Assembly (NCBI GenBank): GCA_963692865.2
Contig: OY843592.1
Coordinates: forward strand, 1,280,001-1,344,000
DNA from: a bacterium
GTDB lineage: Bacteria > UBA8248
Reading direction: 5' to 3'
Length of the DNA: 64,000 nt
This document shows, piece after piece, positions 26,529-36,589 of the stretch (positions are counted from its first letter, which is position 1; every line of letters starts with the position of its first letter). Made by a program: the position numbers and the translations under genes. The notes under the pieces are model-generated. The model saw only the letters and a program-made list of their open reading frames with translations, searched no databases and was not told the origin of the DNA.

Positions 26529-27878
26529 ATGGTGGAAATGAGCAAACAAGGCATGCCGATGGACTTTTTGCAGAAAGAGCACTACCAGTCCCCCCGGCGC
26601 GTCTTCAGCCAGACGGGCAGCGATTGGCAGCGCCGCGTCGACTTCGACCAGATGCGCAAGGACAGGCTCGCCCGCGCCAAGGCGATGATGGAAAAGCACG
26701 ACATGGACGCCATCATCATGTACAAGGGCGAGAACATCCGCTACACCGCGTCGGTCTTCCAGGGCAACTGGAAGAACAACATCTTCATCCGCTACGCCGT
26801 GCTCTGCAGGGGAGCCGAGACGCCGGTGCTCTTCGAGACGGCGGGTTCCGACTATGAGTGCGCCAAGATCGACGCGCCCTGGCTCGAGGGCAACATCCGC
26901 CCCGCCATCACCTGGAAGTGGTCCGAGACCGCCGAGCAGATGATGGTGAACCGCATGGCGGATTCGGTCATCGACGTTCTCAAGGAGAACAACATTCCGC
27001 TGAACGGGCGGATCGGCATCGACATCATGGACATGCAGGCCTACAGCGCCTTCACCGAGAAGGGCGTGAACCTGGTGAACGCGTGGCCGGCGATGAGCGA
27101 GGCGCGCGTCATCAAGACGCCCGAGGAGATCGAGTGCCTCAAGATCAGCTCCACCATCGGCGACACCTGCATGTGGAAGATCAGGAACGAATGGCTCAAG
27201 CCCGGCATCCGCGAGTGCGACCTCACCGCGTGGGTGAACAACCTGCTCTATGAAGAGGGCTTCGACTTCGTCTACGACATCATCGTCGCCTCGGGCGGCA
27301 ACACCAGCCCCTACCGCCGCTGGCACACCGACAAGATGATCCGGGACGGCGACCTCGTCGTCGTCGACATCAACGCCATCGGTCCGGGCGGCTACTTCGT
27401 CGACTACGTGCGCTGCTTCAAGTGCGGCGGCGGCTGGACGAAGAAGGAAAAAGAGCTCTACCGGGAGGTCTACGACACGATGTACGCGGGCATGACCCAG
27501 CTCGTGCCGGGCAAGACGTCCAAGGACGTGGCCGAGCAGTTCCCCGTCTACGCAGACGACAGGTACGGCACCGTGACGCTCCAGCAGTTCGCGCACTCCA
27601 TCGGCCTGGACCTCTATGAGGGCATGTGGATCAGCCGCGCCTACAGCCTCGATTACCCGGTGGAGATCAAGGAGAACATGTACTTCGCCATCGAGACGTT
27701 CGCCGGCCATCCGGGCCTCCCCCAGACGGTGCGCCTGGAAGAGAACGTGCTCGTCGGCCCCGACGGCCCCGTCGTCTTCACGGGCTCCTCGCACTACGAC
27801 GAGTGCATCGAGGATTCGCCCTACTTCGACTTCTCGGCGAAGTCGCGCGGCGAGCCCCGCTTCGAGCTGCCCGAGTAG
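26529..27878 (+). CDS. M24 (Xaa-Pro peptidase/creatinase fold) metallohydrolase
   Basis: NIRY, ARVIKTPEEI, metal ligands VVD..GYFVD..AHSIGL..IET..RLEE. Confidence 0.88.
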   Translation: MVEMSKQGMPMDFLQKEHYQSPRRVFSQTGSDWQRRVDFDQMRKDRLARAKAMMEKHDMDAIIMYKGENIRYTASVFQGNWKNNIFIRYAVLCRGAETPVLFETAGSDYECAKIDAPWLEGNIRPAITWKWSETAEQMMVNRMADSVIDVLKENNIPLNGRIGIDIMDMQAYSAFTEKGVNLVNAWPAMSEARVIKTPEEIECLKISSTIGDTCMWKIRNEWLKPGIRECDLTAWVNNLLYEEGFDFVYDIIVASGGNTSPYRRWHTDKMIRDGDLVVVDINAIGPGGYFVDYVRCFKCGGGWTKKEKELYREVYDTMYAGMTQLVPGKTSKDVAEQFPVYADDRYGTVTLQQFAHSIGLDLYEGMWISRAYSLDYPVEIKENMYFAIETFAGHPGLPQTVRLEENVLVGPDGPVVFTGSSHYDECIEDSPYFDFSAKSRGEPRFELPE

Positions 27879-27993
27879 CGCTTACAAGCCTCCCGTCCGT
27901 GTCCCCGCCGCCTGGGGCGCGGGCGGGAGCGTCTTTCAAATTCGCGATGCAGGGGAAATCGCCTCCCGAAAAGGCGAATAGGAGAATCATGAG

Positions 27994-29214
27994 ATGAGCG
28001 AACCCTGGAACACCGATATGTGGTTCACCAGCCCGTGGAACTTCGAGGGCGAGGTGACCTCCAATATCAAGTTCGACCCCAACCCCAAGATCCACGACGT
28101 GACGCTCCGGGACGGCGAGCAGCAGGCGGGCGTCATGTTCAACAAGGACGAGAAGATCCGTATCGCCGAAGCCCTGGCCGAGACGGGCGTGCACCGCATC
28201 GAGGCCGGCATGCCGGTGGTCTCGCCGTCTGACGAGGCGGCGATCCGCGAGATCGTCAAACGCCTCGAAGGCACGGACACCGAGGTGTTCAGCTTCGCGC
28301 GCTGCATGGCGGACGACGTGAAGCGCTCCGCCGACACGGGCGTCAAGGGCGTCGTGATGGAAGTGCCCAGTTCCACGCACATGATCGAGCGCGCCTACAA
28401 GTGGGAGCTCGACAAGGCCATCGACACCTCCGTCAAGGCCACGCAGGTGGCGAAGGAATGCGGCCTCTACACCGTGTTCTTCCCCATCGATTTCTCCCGC
28501 GCCCCGCTCGACTGGGTGCTGGGCCTGCTCAAGAAGGTGGCGACCGAGGGCCATATGGACGCGCTGGCGATCGTGGACACGTTCGGCGTGCTCAGCCCCC
28601 ACACCGTGCCCTACGTCATCAAGAAGATGCGCGAGGTCTTCCCGGACGAGCCATTCGAGCCCCATTTCCACGACGACTACGGGATGGGCGTCGCCAACAC
28701 GCTGATGGCGATGGCCGAAGGCTGCCAGGTGGCGCAGACTTCCGTGAGCGGCATCGGCGAGCGCGCGGGCAACGCGGCGTACGAGGAACTCGCCCTCGCC
28801 ATGCTCACCATGTACGACGTGGATATGGGCCTCAAGACCGAGAAATTCACCGAGGTGTCCAGGCTCGTGCAGGAATGCGGTCGCATCAGCCTCGCGCCCA
28901 ACCGCTGCGTGGTGGGCGACAACCTCTACGACATCGAGAGCGGAATCATCGTGAGCTGGCTCAAGAACTGCGAGAAGGACTTCCCGACCGAACTCGTGCC
29001 CTTCCGCGCCGGCCTCGTCGGCCAGAGCGAACCGGAACCCGTCATCGGCAAGGGAAGCGGTATCGACTCCATCAACCTCTTCCTGGAGCAGTTGGGCATC
29101 ACGGCCTCGGAAGAAGAGAAAATGGCGCTCCTGATGGACGTGAAGGAGAAATCCCTGAGCCTCCATCGCCTCCTCACGATGGACGAGTTCAAGGAGCTGG
29201 CGGGCGCGAAGTAG
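27994..29214 (+). CDS. DRE-TIM metallolyase (homocitrate/isopropylmalate/citramalate synthase-like, no regulatory domain)
   Basis: DVTLRDGEQ, IEAG, DTFG, HFHDDYG, GIGERAGNA, ESG. Confidence 0.88.
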   Translation: MSEPWNTDMWFTSPWNFEGEVTSNIKFDPNPKIHDVTLRDGEQQAGVMFNKDEKIRIAEALAETGVHRIEAGMPVVSPSDEAAIREIVKRLEGTDTEVFSFARCMADDVKRSADTGVKGVVMEVPSSTHMIERAYKWELDKAIDTSVKATQVAKECGLYTVFFPIDFSRAPLDWVLGLLKKVATEGHMDALAIVDTFGVLSPHTVPYVIKKMREVFPDEPFEPHFHDDYGMGVANTLMAMAEGCQVAQTSVSGIGERAGNAAYEELALAMLTMYDVDMGLKTEKFTEVSRLVQECGRISLAPNRCVVGDNLYDIESGIIVSWLKNCEKDFPTELVPFRAGLVGQSEPEPVIGKGSGIDSINLFLEQLGITASEEEKMALLMDVKEKSLSLHRLLTMDEFKELAGAK

Positions 29215-29270
29215 ATATTACCGCGTAGAAGCGGGTTGGTATTTGGCCCGCGCACGGCAGAAGTAAAATG

Positions 29271-29301
29271 AAAGGGCGGCTCGCGAGGGCCGCCCTTTTT
29301 T
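29271..29301 (+). terminator. Rho-independent terminator
   Basis: AAAGGGCGGC-loop-GCCGCCC-TTTTTT downstream of the operon. Confidence 0.85.
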
Positions 29302-29340
29302 GTGCAGGTTCCCGTCGGAGACCAGGAACACACGCTATCC

Positions 29341-29890
29341 GGGGTTGTTGGAGAAGACCTTATTTCCTGATTCGGTGTATAGAGCCGACCGGGAAGGAAG
29401 GGTTCGACGCGAGGGGGTGTAGCCGGACAACCCCTCCTCGGGTTTGTCCGGCCCTCCGTGGTTGTCCTTTTGTAGGATGGTTACAATCAGGACAGGCACG
29501 GAGGCCTGTCCCTACATACCCTCTACTTGCAAGGCCGTATGTGGGGTTTTTCAAAAGCCCCTTGAGGGTCGGGCACAATCAACGAGAGAGGAATTTCACT
29601 CCCCCCCCCTTGAGGGGGCTGTTGAAAAATCCCTCGACGCAGGAAAACCACCGTCATTCCGGCGAAAGCCGGAATCCATTTTACGCCTTTTGCCTTTCGT
29701 CGGGTTTCTCGCGCCTCGGCGGGGAATGAAACGCCGTCATTCATTCATCCGCATCCGCAAATGGATTCCGGCTTTCGCCGGAATGACGAACGAAAATCAA
29801 ATTCGTCGTGGGCCCCGAGAAGTCGGTTCCGACCGAAGAGGGAGGAACCGCCGCCTACCGTAGGGACAGGTCGCGACCTGTCCCTACCAG
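29341..29890. repeat. MITE-like element (29341-29561) and repeat cluster
   Basis: GGGGTTGTTGGAGAAGACC ... GGTTTTTCAAAAGCCCC; dRS3-like pair 29652-29788; perfect palindrome GTAGGGACAGGTCGCGACCTGTCCCTAC. Confidence 0.75.
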
Positions 29891-30011
29891 GGCATCGCGG
29901 TTGAGTTCACATTCCCCGGCGCGCATTTTCCGGGCGATGGACTTATAGCGTCGTCTTTTTTATCATTTCCGCATCAAACAGATTTCGACTCCCCGCACCG
30001 GAGGATTCCCC

Positions 30012-30734
30012 ATGACGGACTGGAAGAAAAAACTCGGCTTCATCGTTCCATCCTGGAACACGGTGATGGAGTACGAATGCCAGCGCATGGCGCCTGCGGG
30101 CGTTTCGGTCCACTTCACGCGCATCGCCCATACGGACGATGAGGAGGAAACCCTCCTGCACATGATAGAGGTGGTGCCCGAACTCGCCGACTTGCTCGGC
30201 CACGCGAGCCTGGACGCCATCTGCTTCGGCTGTACGGGTGGCAGCTTCGTGCGCCCGGGCATGGATGAGGACATCATGGCGGTCATCGAGGAGCGGACGG
30301 GCATACCCGCCACCACGACCTCCACCGCCCTCACCGAGGCCATGCGCGAGATGGGCGTCGCCAGGGTGGCGCTCGCCTCGCCCTATCCCCAGTGGCTGAA
30401 CGACAGGCTCACGACATTCCTCAAGGACAAGGGAATCGAGGTGGTGGCCGAGCGGGGCCGGAACGTCGAGTGCCCCGCCTTCCTGCCGCCCGAGAACTCC
30501 GAAGCCCTGGCGCGCGAGGTGGACTGCGCGGAGGCCGACGGCATCTTCATCAGTTGCACGAACTTCCGCTCGCTCGAATCGGTGGACGCCCTCGAAGCCG
30601 CGCTCGGAAAACCCGTGCTCACGAGCAACACCACGGCCATGTGGCACACGCTGAGAAAAGCGGGATTCGATGGAGAAGCCACCGCAGGCGGCGTACTGAT
30701 GCGCGAACATCTGGCGCCCGCTCGTCGCGCCTAG
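30012..30734 (+). CDS. Maleate cis-trans isomerase / Asp-Glu racemase family protein
   Basis: GFIVPSWNTVMEYE, FGCTGGS, SPY, FISCTNF (two catalytic Cys), PVLTSN. Confidence 0.9.
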   Translation: MTDWKKKLGFIVPSWNTVMEYECQRMAPAGVSVHFTRIAHTDDEEETLLHMIEVVPELADLLGHASLDAICFGCTGGSFVRPGMDEDIMAVIEERTGIPATTTSTALTEAMREMGVARVALASPYPQWLNDRLTTFLKDKGIEVVAERGRNVECPAFLPPENSEALAREVDCAEADGIFISCTNFRSLESVDALEAALGKPVLTSNTTAMWHTLRKAGFDGEATAGGVLMREHLAPARRA

Positions 30735-30741
30735 ATCCGCT

Positions 30742-31905
30742 ATGACCGACAGGAGCCGCCGTGGCCAGGGGTGGGTGACGGAGGAGTTCTACAAGGTACA
30801 CGACGTCTACGCTTTCCGCTCGGTGATGTACGTGGAGTGGGGCTTCCGGCCCGCCGACGTACGGCGGACGACCGAGCGCATCAAGACGCCGGGCCAGGCG
30901 CCCAAGGAGTGGGCGCGCACCGCCGCCCAGGAAGAAGCCCTCGCGCGCGAAGCGGAAGCCGCCGGCCACCGTGAATCGGCGGCGGAGTTCTACCACCGCG
31001 CGGCGCTGTATTACGGCCCCGCCTGCGGCGTCATCCACAAGAACACTGCGCAAAAGCTCGAACTCTACGCGAAGATGATCGCCTGCTACGAGAAGTTCAT
31101 CGAGCTTTTCGATGAAGCGCCCGTCGAGCGGGTGGAGATTCCCTTCGAGAACGGGAAGACGATTCCGGGCATCCTGCAGACCGTGCCGGGCGTGCCGAAT
31201 GCGCCTTGCGTCGTCATCGTGCCGGGGATGGACACCATCAAGGAGTTCCTGCCGAACCCCTACCACAACCACTTCCGGCGGCGCGGCCTCGCCACGCTCA
31301 GCATCGACGGCCCCGGCCAGGGGGAGAGCAACACGCGCGAGACCTGGGTGACGCTGGACAACTTTGAGCGCGCGGGCTCCGCCGCCATCGACTATCTCGA
31401 ACCCCGCCCCGAGGTGGACGCCGGTAAAATCGGCCTTTACGGCTGGAGCATGGGCAGCTACTGGGGGCCGCGGGTGGCGGCGCACGATTCGCGTCTCAAG
31501 GCCTGCGTGGGCGCGATGGGCGTCTACCTCCAGAAAGACTCGATTTTCAAACACGGAAAGCCCGCCTACCGCGCGAACTACAAGTACATGTCCAACATCC
31601 ATGACGAGGATGAGTTCGACGCCATGGCCGAACAGATGACGCTGGAGCATATCGCCGGCGACATTAAGTGTCCCACTCTGCTCGCGATGGGCGAGTTCGA
31701 CGAGCTTTGTCCGCTCGAGGACGCCGAGCGGCTCTTCGACCTCCTGGGCGGCCCGAAAGAGCTTTGGGTCTATGAGAACGAGGCCCACACGATGGGCGGT
31801 CGCTTGCCCGATTTCTATCTCATGGTGGCCGACTGGCTGCGCGACGCCATTGAGGGCCGTTTCGGCCCCGACCACGCCGTGCGCCGCTTCTTCGAGGCGC
31901 GCTGA
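30742..31905 (+). CDS. Alpha/beta hydrolase (FrsA / 2,6-dihydroxypseudooxynicotine hydrolase-like)
   Basis: PGMDTIKE, DGPGQGE, nucleophile GWSMG, GEFD, H near C-terminus. Confidence 0.85.
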   Translation: MTDRSRRGQGWVTEEFYKVHDVYAFRSVMYVEWGFRPADVRRTTERIKTPGQAPKEWARTAAQEEALAREAEAAGHRESAAEFYHRAALYYGPACGVIHKNTAQKLELYAKMIACYEKFIELFDEAPVERVEIPFENGKTIPGILQTVPGVPNAPCVVIVPGMDTIKEFLPNPYHNHFRRRGLATLSIDGPGQGESNTRETWVTLDNFERAGSAAIDYLEPRPEVDAGKIGLYGWSMGSYWGPRVAAHDSRLKACVGAMGVYLQKDSIFKHGKPAYRANYKYMSNIHDEDEFDAMAEQMTLEHIAGDIKCPTLLAMGEFDELCPLEDAERLFDLLGGPKELWVYENEAHTMGGRLPDFYLMVADWLRDAIEGRFGPDHAVRRFFEAR

Positions 31906-31983
31906 GTACGCGATTATCCCTTCACGCCGCCGCCCGGCGGTGTTTCCGAAAATTTCACTAGATTTTCCAAGAGGACCCAACCA

Positions 31984-32712
31984 ATGAGCCTGAGAGACAT
32001 CGTGCAAGAATCGGATACGAAAGCGGGCCGTGCGTTCGATTCCGTCATACTCGTCCTGATTATCTCCTCGATTATCACGGTGACTTTCGAGACGCTGCCC
32101 GACCTATCGCCTGCTGCGAAGCGGGCGTTCTATATTTTCGAGGCGGTTAGTGTCGTTCTGTTCACCATCGAGTACGTTCTGCGCATCGTGACTGCGCCGA
32201 AGGTCAGGAGTTACATCTGCAGCTTTCACGGCATCATCGACTTGATCGCCATTCTCCCGTTTTACCTTTCCGCTGGATTCGGTCTGCTTGCCGGAATCGA
32301 TCTTCGCGCTGTCCGCGCATTTCGCTTGTTCCGAGTATTCCGTCTGTTCAAACTTGCGCGATTCGACGGCGCAATGGCGAGATTCGGCAAAGCGATTTCC
32401 CACGCCAAAGAAGAAATAATGATCTTCCTGTTCGCCACGATGATACTTCTCTATCTTTCGGCGGTCGGCATCTACTATTTCGAACACGAGGCTCAACCCG
32501 AGGATTTCGGTTCCATCATCCACAGCTTGTGGTGGGCCCTGATTACGCTCACGACGGTGGGCTACGGAGACGCCTATCCCGTAACAGTGGGAGGAAAGCT
32601 GTTCACGTCCATCATTTTGATATGCGGCCTTGGCGTCGTAGCCATACCGGCGGGGATTGTCGCCTCGGCGTTATCGAAAGTCGTGAGAAATGAAGAACGG
32701 CGAGCGGCATGA
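31984..32712 (+). CDS. Voltage-gated potassium channel (6TM)
   Basis: S4 RAVRAFRLFRVFRLFK; pore WWALITLTTVGYGD. Confidence 0.95.
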   Translation: MSLRDIVQESDTKAGRAFDSVILVLIISSIITVTFETLPDLSPAAKRAFYIFEAVSVVLFTIEYVLRIVTAPKVRSYICSFHGIIDLIAILPFYLSAGFGLLAGIDLRAVRAFRLFRVFRLFKLARFDGAMARFGKAISHAKEEIMIFLFATMILLYLSAVGIYYFEHEAQPEDFGSIIHSLWWALITLTTVGYGDAYPVTVGGKLFTSIILICGLGVVAIPAGIVASALSKVVRNEERRAA

Positions 32713-32765
32713 CGTTGCTCCTGCGCTCATGCTGTTTCCTGTTTTCCGGTTCATTTCGCCCAAAT

Positions 32766-33400
32766 GGGGGTTGTTGAAAAAGTCCCGATGCAAGAGCGTT
32801 CGTGTCTTTTGTAGGGGTGTCGAACTTCCCGAAGAGGGAAGTTCGAGCGTGTCCGCCCTTTGGGATCATCTGCCTCATCATCCCGTTATATGGCGGAGAC
32901 ATAAAATCGGGCGGACACGCAGGTCCGCCCCTACGGTCGCCATTCGATGGGGGATGTGTAGGGGTCGCCGTCGGGATTGACCCACCGCACGGTATAGGGT
33001 TTCGCAGAACGCTTGACGCCCTCATCCCGAGTAGGCGCCCCGAACCCTCATCCTGAGTAGGCGCATAAGCGCCGTATCGAAGGATGGGAGGGCATTTCTC
33101 CGGCGGGCGCGAAATTCGCCCTTCGATACGCCGCCTTCGGCGGCTACTCAGGGTGAGGCGGAGCGGCGGGCTGTGCAGGGATCGTCGGTCGGGATTGCGG
33201 TTGTAGGGACAACCCTCCGTGGTTGTCCTTTTGCAGGACGGCGACAATGAGGACAGGCACAGAGGCCTGTCCCTACCCCCCCGTGCGTCGTTTCCTCCCC
33301 CCTGTCGGCTGCATACGCCGAATCACGGGGAATCAGGACTTTTTCAACACCCCCCTCAAGGGGGGAGTGGTTCCCTTCCATTCTGGCTTATTCAACAGCC
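32766..33400. mobile_element. MITE-like composite element filled with several palindrome families
   Basis: GGGGGTTGTTGAAAAAGTCC ... GGACTTTTTCAACACCCC (to ~33354); contains GTAG REPs and CTCATCCTGAG...TCGAAGG hairpins. Confidence 0.7.
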
Positions 33401-33515
33401 TCAAAGGAAGGGCATTCCCCAATCGCGCTTTTCCTGATCGTCGCAATGCCGTATTCTTGGGCCTTTACGATTCCCATTTTCCAGAAATGTAACCTCATGT
33501 TCGACGGAGAAATTC

Positions 33516-34544
33516 ATGAAAGCGGCTTTGCTTGAAAAAACGCGCGTGATGAGCGTGGGCGAGCAGCCGGACCCCGGCCTGCCCGCCGACCACGCGCTGG
33601 TGCGGGTGGCGACTTCGGCCATCTGCGGCACCGACGTATCCATCTGGGCGGGGAAGATGCCCGCGAGGATTCCCTTGATTCCGGGCCATGAGTGCACGGG
33701 CACGGTGGAGCAGGTCGGCGAGAGCGTGACGCGTCTGAAAGTCGGCGACCGGGTGGTGCTGAACCCCCTTTCGAGTTGCGGAACGTGCTTTTACTGCGTG
33801 CGCGGGCTGACGAACATCTGCCTGCACGGGGGACTCAGGGGCCGCGAGGTGCCCGGCACCTTCGCCGAGTACATCGCCGTTCGCGAGACCGAAGCCTTCG
33901 CATTTCCCGATCATGTGAGTTTCGCGGCGGCGACGAATTTCGTGGGCCTCTACACGGTCGTCTACAGCCAGAGAAAAGCGCCCTACGTCGCGGGCGCGCG
34001 CGTGGCCGTCCTAGGGCAGGGGAGCAGCGGCCTGCTCCACACGCAGCTGGCGAAAGTCTCGGGCGCAGCGTCCGTCATCGCCGTCACGAGGAGCAAGTGG
34101 AAGCTCGAGGTGGCGAAAGAGATGGGTGCGGATGAAATCGTTCCCGCCGGCGAGGTGGATCCCGTCGAGGCCGTGCGCGAGCTCACCGACGGCCTGGGGG
34201 CGGACATCGTCATCGAGACGGCGGGCGCCGCCGAGACCATGGTGCAGGCCTACGACATGGCGCGGCCCGGCGGCGCGATTCTCCAGTTCGGCATCGGGCC
34301 GGCGCAGGTCGCCGGGGTGCCGGGCCAGGCATATTACTTCAAGGATCTCACCGTCATCGGCTCGCGCGCGGGCCTGCCGGAGGATTTCGAGAGCGCCATC
34401 CGCCTGGTGGCGACCGGGCAAATCGACCTGGAGCCCCTCGTGACCCACCACTTCGCGCTCGACGACATCCAGACGGGCTTCGAGTTCGTCGACTCAGGGG
34501 GAGACGGCGGCACGCTCCGGGCGGTGATCGATATCGCGAACTGA
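33516..34544 (+). CDS. Zinc-dependent alcohol dehydrogenase (MDR family)
   Basis: ICGTD, PGHE, CGTCFYC-x7-C, GQGSSG. Confidence 0.93.
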   Translation: MKAALLEKTRVMSVGEQPDPGLPADHALVRVATSAICGTDVSIWAGKMPARIPLIPGHECTGTVEQVGESVTRLKVGDRVVLNPLSSCGTCFYCVRGLTNICLHGGLRGREVPGTFAEYIAVRETEAFAFPDHVSFAAATNFVGLYTVVYSQRKAPYVAGARVAVLGQGSSGLLHTQLAKVSGAASVIAVTRSKWKLEVAKEMGADEIVPAGEVDPVEAVRELTDGLGADIVIETAGAAETMVQAYDMARPGGAILQFGIGPAQVAGVPGQAYYFKDLTVIGSRAGLPEDFESAIRLVATGQIDLEPLVTHHFALDDIQTGFEFVDSGGDGGTLRAVIDIAN

Positions 34545-34793
34545 TTCGCGCCGAAGCGCGCGGGCGGGGTTGTTGTCGCAGGGGACGTCGCCTTTACCCC
34601 TGTGGCAAGGGGGCCGGGTTGGTTTGGTAGGCCAGACTTATATGTCTGACATATCATGCGGCCCGTTCGGAGGCGGCGTGAAAAATCCGGGTCGCATGTA
34701 TGTGTGGGGCGATCCCGAGGAGGGAGCGCCACCTACAAGCCCCCTCCTCATTCAACGGCCCCCGCTTCGCTCCTGCAAACAAAGGAGGTCGTC

Positions 34794-35666
34794 ATGGCTT
34801 TTGAACATCCCTACATTCGAATCGCCAATGTGACGCCCGAGAAACTCGACGAGAAAGAGGGCTGGAACGTCTCCGATTTCCGGGTCGTCGTCAGCGGTAA
34901 GGAGGGCTCCTCCTCCATCATGTACCACGCCGCGCTGGCCCCCGGCGATCGCATCCACAGGCACCGCTACGAGAACTGCCAGATGCAGTATTACGTCGTG
35001 AGCGGCCACGGCCTGGCCGGAGCGGGGGAGGATCGCGCCGAGGTGCACGCGGGCCACTTCCACCTGATTCCCAAGGGCGTGGAGCACTGGCTCGTGAACC
35101 TGGGCCGGCACGATCCCCTGGTCATCATCGGGTTCTACGACCGCGTTCCCTATCTGAAGGACACGGGCCGCGTCCATCTCGGCGATATCACCGAGGCCGA
35201 CATCACCGCCCCGCGCACGCTGAGCGCCGCCGCTCTCAAGCATCCCCTCGTGCACAACGACGAGGTTCCCCACGTCAAGGTGTCGAAGGAAGAAGGCTGG
35301 ACGCAGGATTACTTCAACGAACCGCTCAACCGCAGCGTCGGCGCGGGTTCGTGCTGGATGCAGGGCTACTTCGGTCCCCACACCGTTCACATGAAGCACC
35401 GCCACAACAACTGCGAGGAGATTTGCTACATCCTGAAGGGCCGCGGTCTGGCGGGCATCGGGAACGATCGCGGGGAGGTGTTCGCAGGCGACGTCAACTA
35501 CATCCCCGCCGGAGCGGAGCACTGGCTCGCGAACATCGACGACACCGAAGACCTCTCCGCACCCGGCTGGTACATCGGCGTCGGCGGTCTGGATGAGAGC
35601 GGCTTCGAGTACCTGGGGCCGGTGACCGATGAGGACCTGAAACAGCGAACGGGCGTGGTCGAATAG
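34794..35666 (+). CDS. Bicupin protein
   Basis: Two cupin repeats (HRHRY..CQMQYY / KHRHNNCEEICY; IP.G.EHWL.N); AAGGAGG RBS. Confidence 0.88.
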   Translation: MAFEHPYIRIANVTPEKLDEKEGWNVSDFRVVVSGKEGSSSIMYHAALAPGDRIHRHRYENCQMQYYVVSGHGLAGAGEDRAEVHAGHFHLIPKGVEHWLVNLGRHDPLVIIGFYDRVPYLKDTGRVHLGDITEADITAPRTLSAAALKHPLVHNDEVPHVKVSKEEGWTQDYFNEPLNRSVGAGSCWMQGYFGPHTVHMKHRHNNCEEICYILKGRGLAGIGNDRGEVFAGDVNYIPAGAEHWLANIDDTEDLSAPGWYIGVGGLDESGFEYLGPVTDEDLKQRTGVVE

Positions 35667-35719
35667 GCCCCATGATCATCTTATTTTGACAAGAGCAACC
35701 ATTTTGTGAGGGATATTTT

Positions 35720-36577
35720 ATGCCGCTTCAATACCCCCTGGTGCATGTCGACGACGTAACGCCCGAGAAGATGGAGGAGAAGGAAGGCTGGGCGATCTCC
35801 GAGTTCCGGCTGCCCATCACGGGCGCGCACGGAAGCTCGACGACGGCCTTTCACTCCATCTTCCGGCCCGGCTCCACGCACGCGAAGCACTCACATTCCG
35901 AGTGCGAGGAAATCGCGGTCTACTTGAAGGGCCACGGCGTGGTCGGACAGGGCGAGGAGCGCGCCGAGGTGCGCGAGGGCCACTGCCGCCTCATGCCGAA
36001 AGGCTCGACGCATTTCTTCTATAACGAGACGAAAGACGAGGAGGCGATGGTGGTCGGCTTCTACCTCGGCGCGCCGAGCGTGGCGGGCACGGGCTATGAA
36101 TTTTGCGGCGACGTAACGCAAGCCGATCTCGACATGCCGCGCGAGGGCATTACCGACGGCATCCTGGTGCATCTGGACGACGTAAGACCCGAGAACATGA
36201 ACGAGGGGGAGGGCTGGTCGATCACCGACTTCAGGCTCCCCATCGGGCGGCGCAACGGTAGCGACACGACGCTGTTCCGCGCGCGCTTTTTTCCGAGCGC
36301 GGTGCACAAGAAGCACAGGCACGACAACTGCGAGGAAATCTACTACATCATCAGCGGCCACGGCCTGGCGGGGGCGGGTCCGGACCGCGTCGAGGTGCGC
36401 GGCGGGCACTTCCACTACATCCCCAGGGGGGTGGAGCACTGGCTCCACAACCTGAGCGATACCGATCCCATCGAGGCGGTGGGGATTTATATCGGAAGCG
36501 GGAGCGTGGAGGAGACCGGCTACGTCTACATGGGCGACGTGACCGAAGAGGACATCAAGGCGCGCACGCCGCTCTAG
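35720..36577 (+). CDS. Bicupin protein, paralog of the upstream gene
   Basis: KHSHSECEEI and KHRHDNCEEIYY cupin motifs; repeated LVH.DDV.PE.M...EGW.I..FRLPI. Confidence 0.88.
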   Translation: MPLQYPLVHVDDVTPEKMEEKEGWAISEFRLPITGAHGSSTTAFHSIFRPGSTHAKHSHSECEEIAVYLKGHGVVGQGEERAEVREGHCRLMPKGSTHFFYNETKDEEAMVVGFYLGAPSVAGTGYEFCGDVTQADLDMPREGITDGILVHLDDVRPENMNEGEGWSITDFRLPIGRRNGSDTTLFRARFFPSAVHKKHRHDNCEEIYYIISGHGLAGAGPDRVEVRGGHFHYIPRGVEHWLHNLSDTDPIEAVGIYIGSGSVEETGYVYMGDVTEEDIKARTPL

Positions 36578-36589
36578 GGATGTGGAAAA

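Noticed and set aside
26406-32007. Three antisense ORFs each 462 aa long (26406, 27778, 30619)
   Set aside because: Each mirrors a well-supported plus-strand gene; their sequences are unrelated, so the equal length appears coincidental.
32612-33492. Small ORFs in repeat-filled intergenic regions (also 10894-11332, 16704-17018, 29268-29863, 36582-37213, 57817-58175)
   Set aside because: Translations of REP/MITE palindromes (recurring WIPAFAGMT, TGACPY and VREPPL peptides), not genes.
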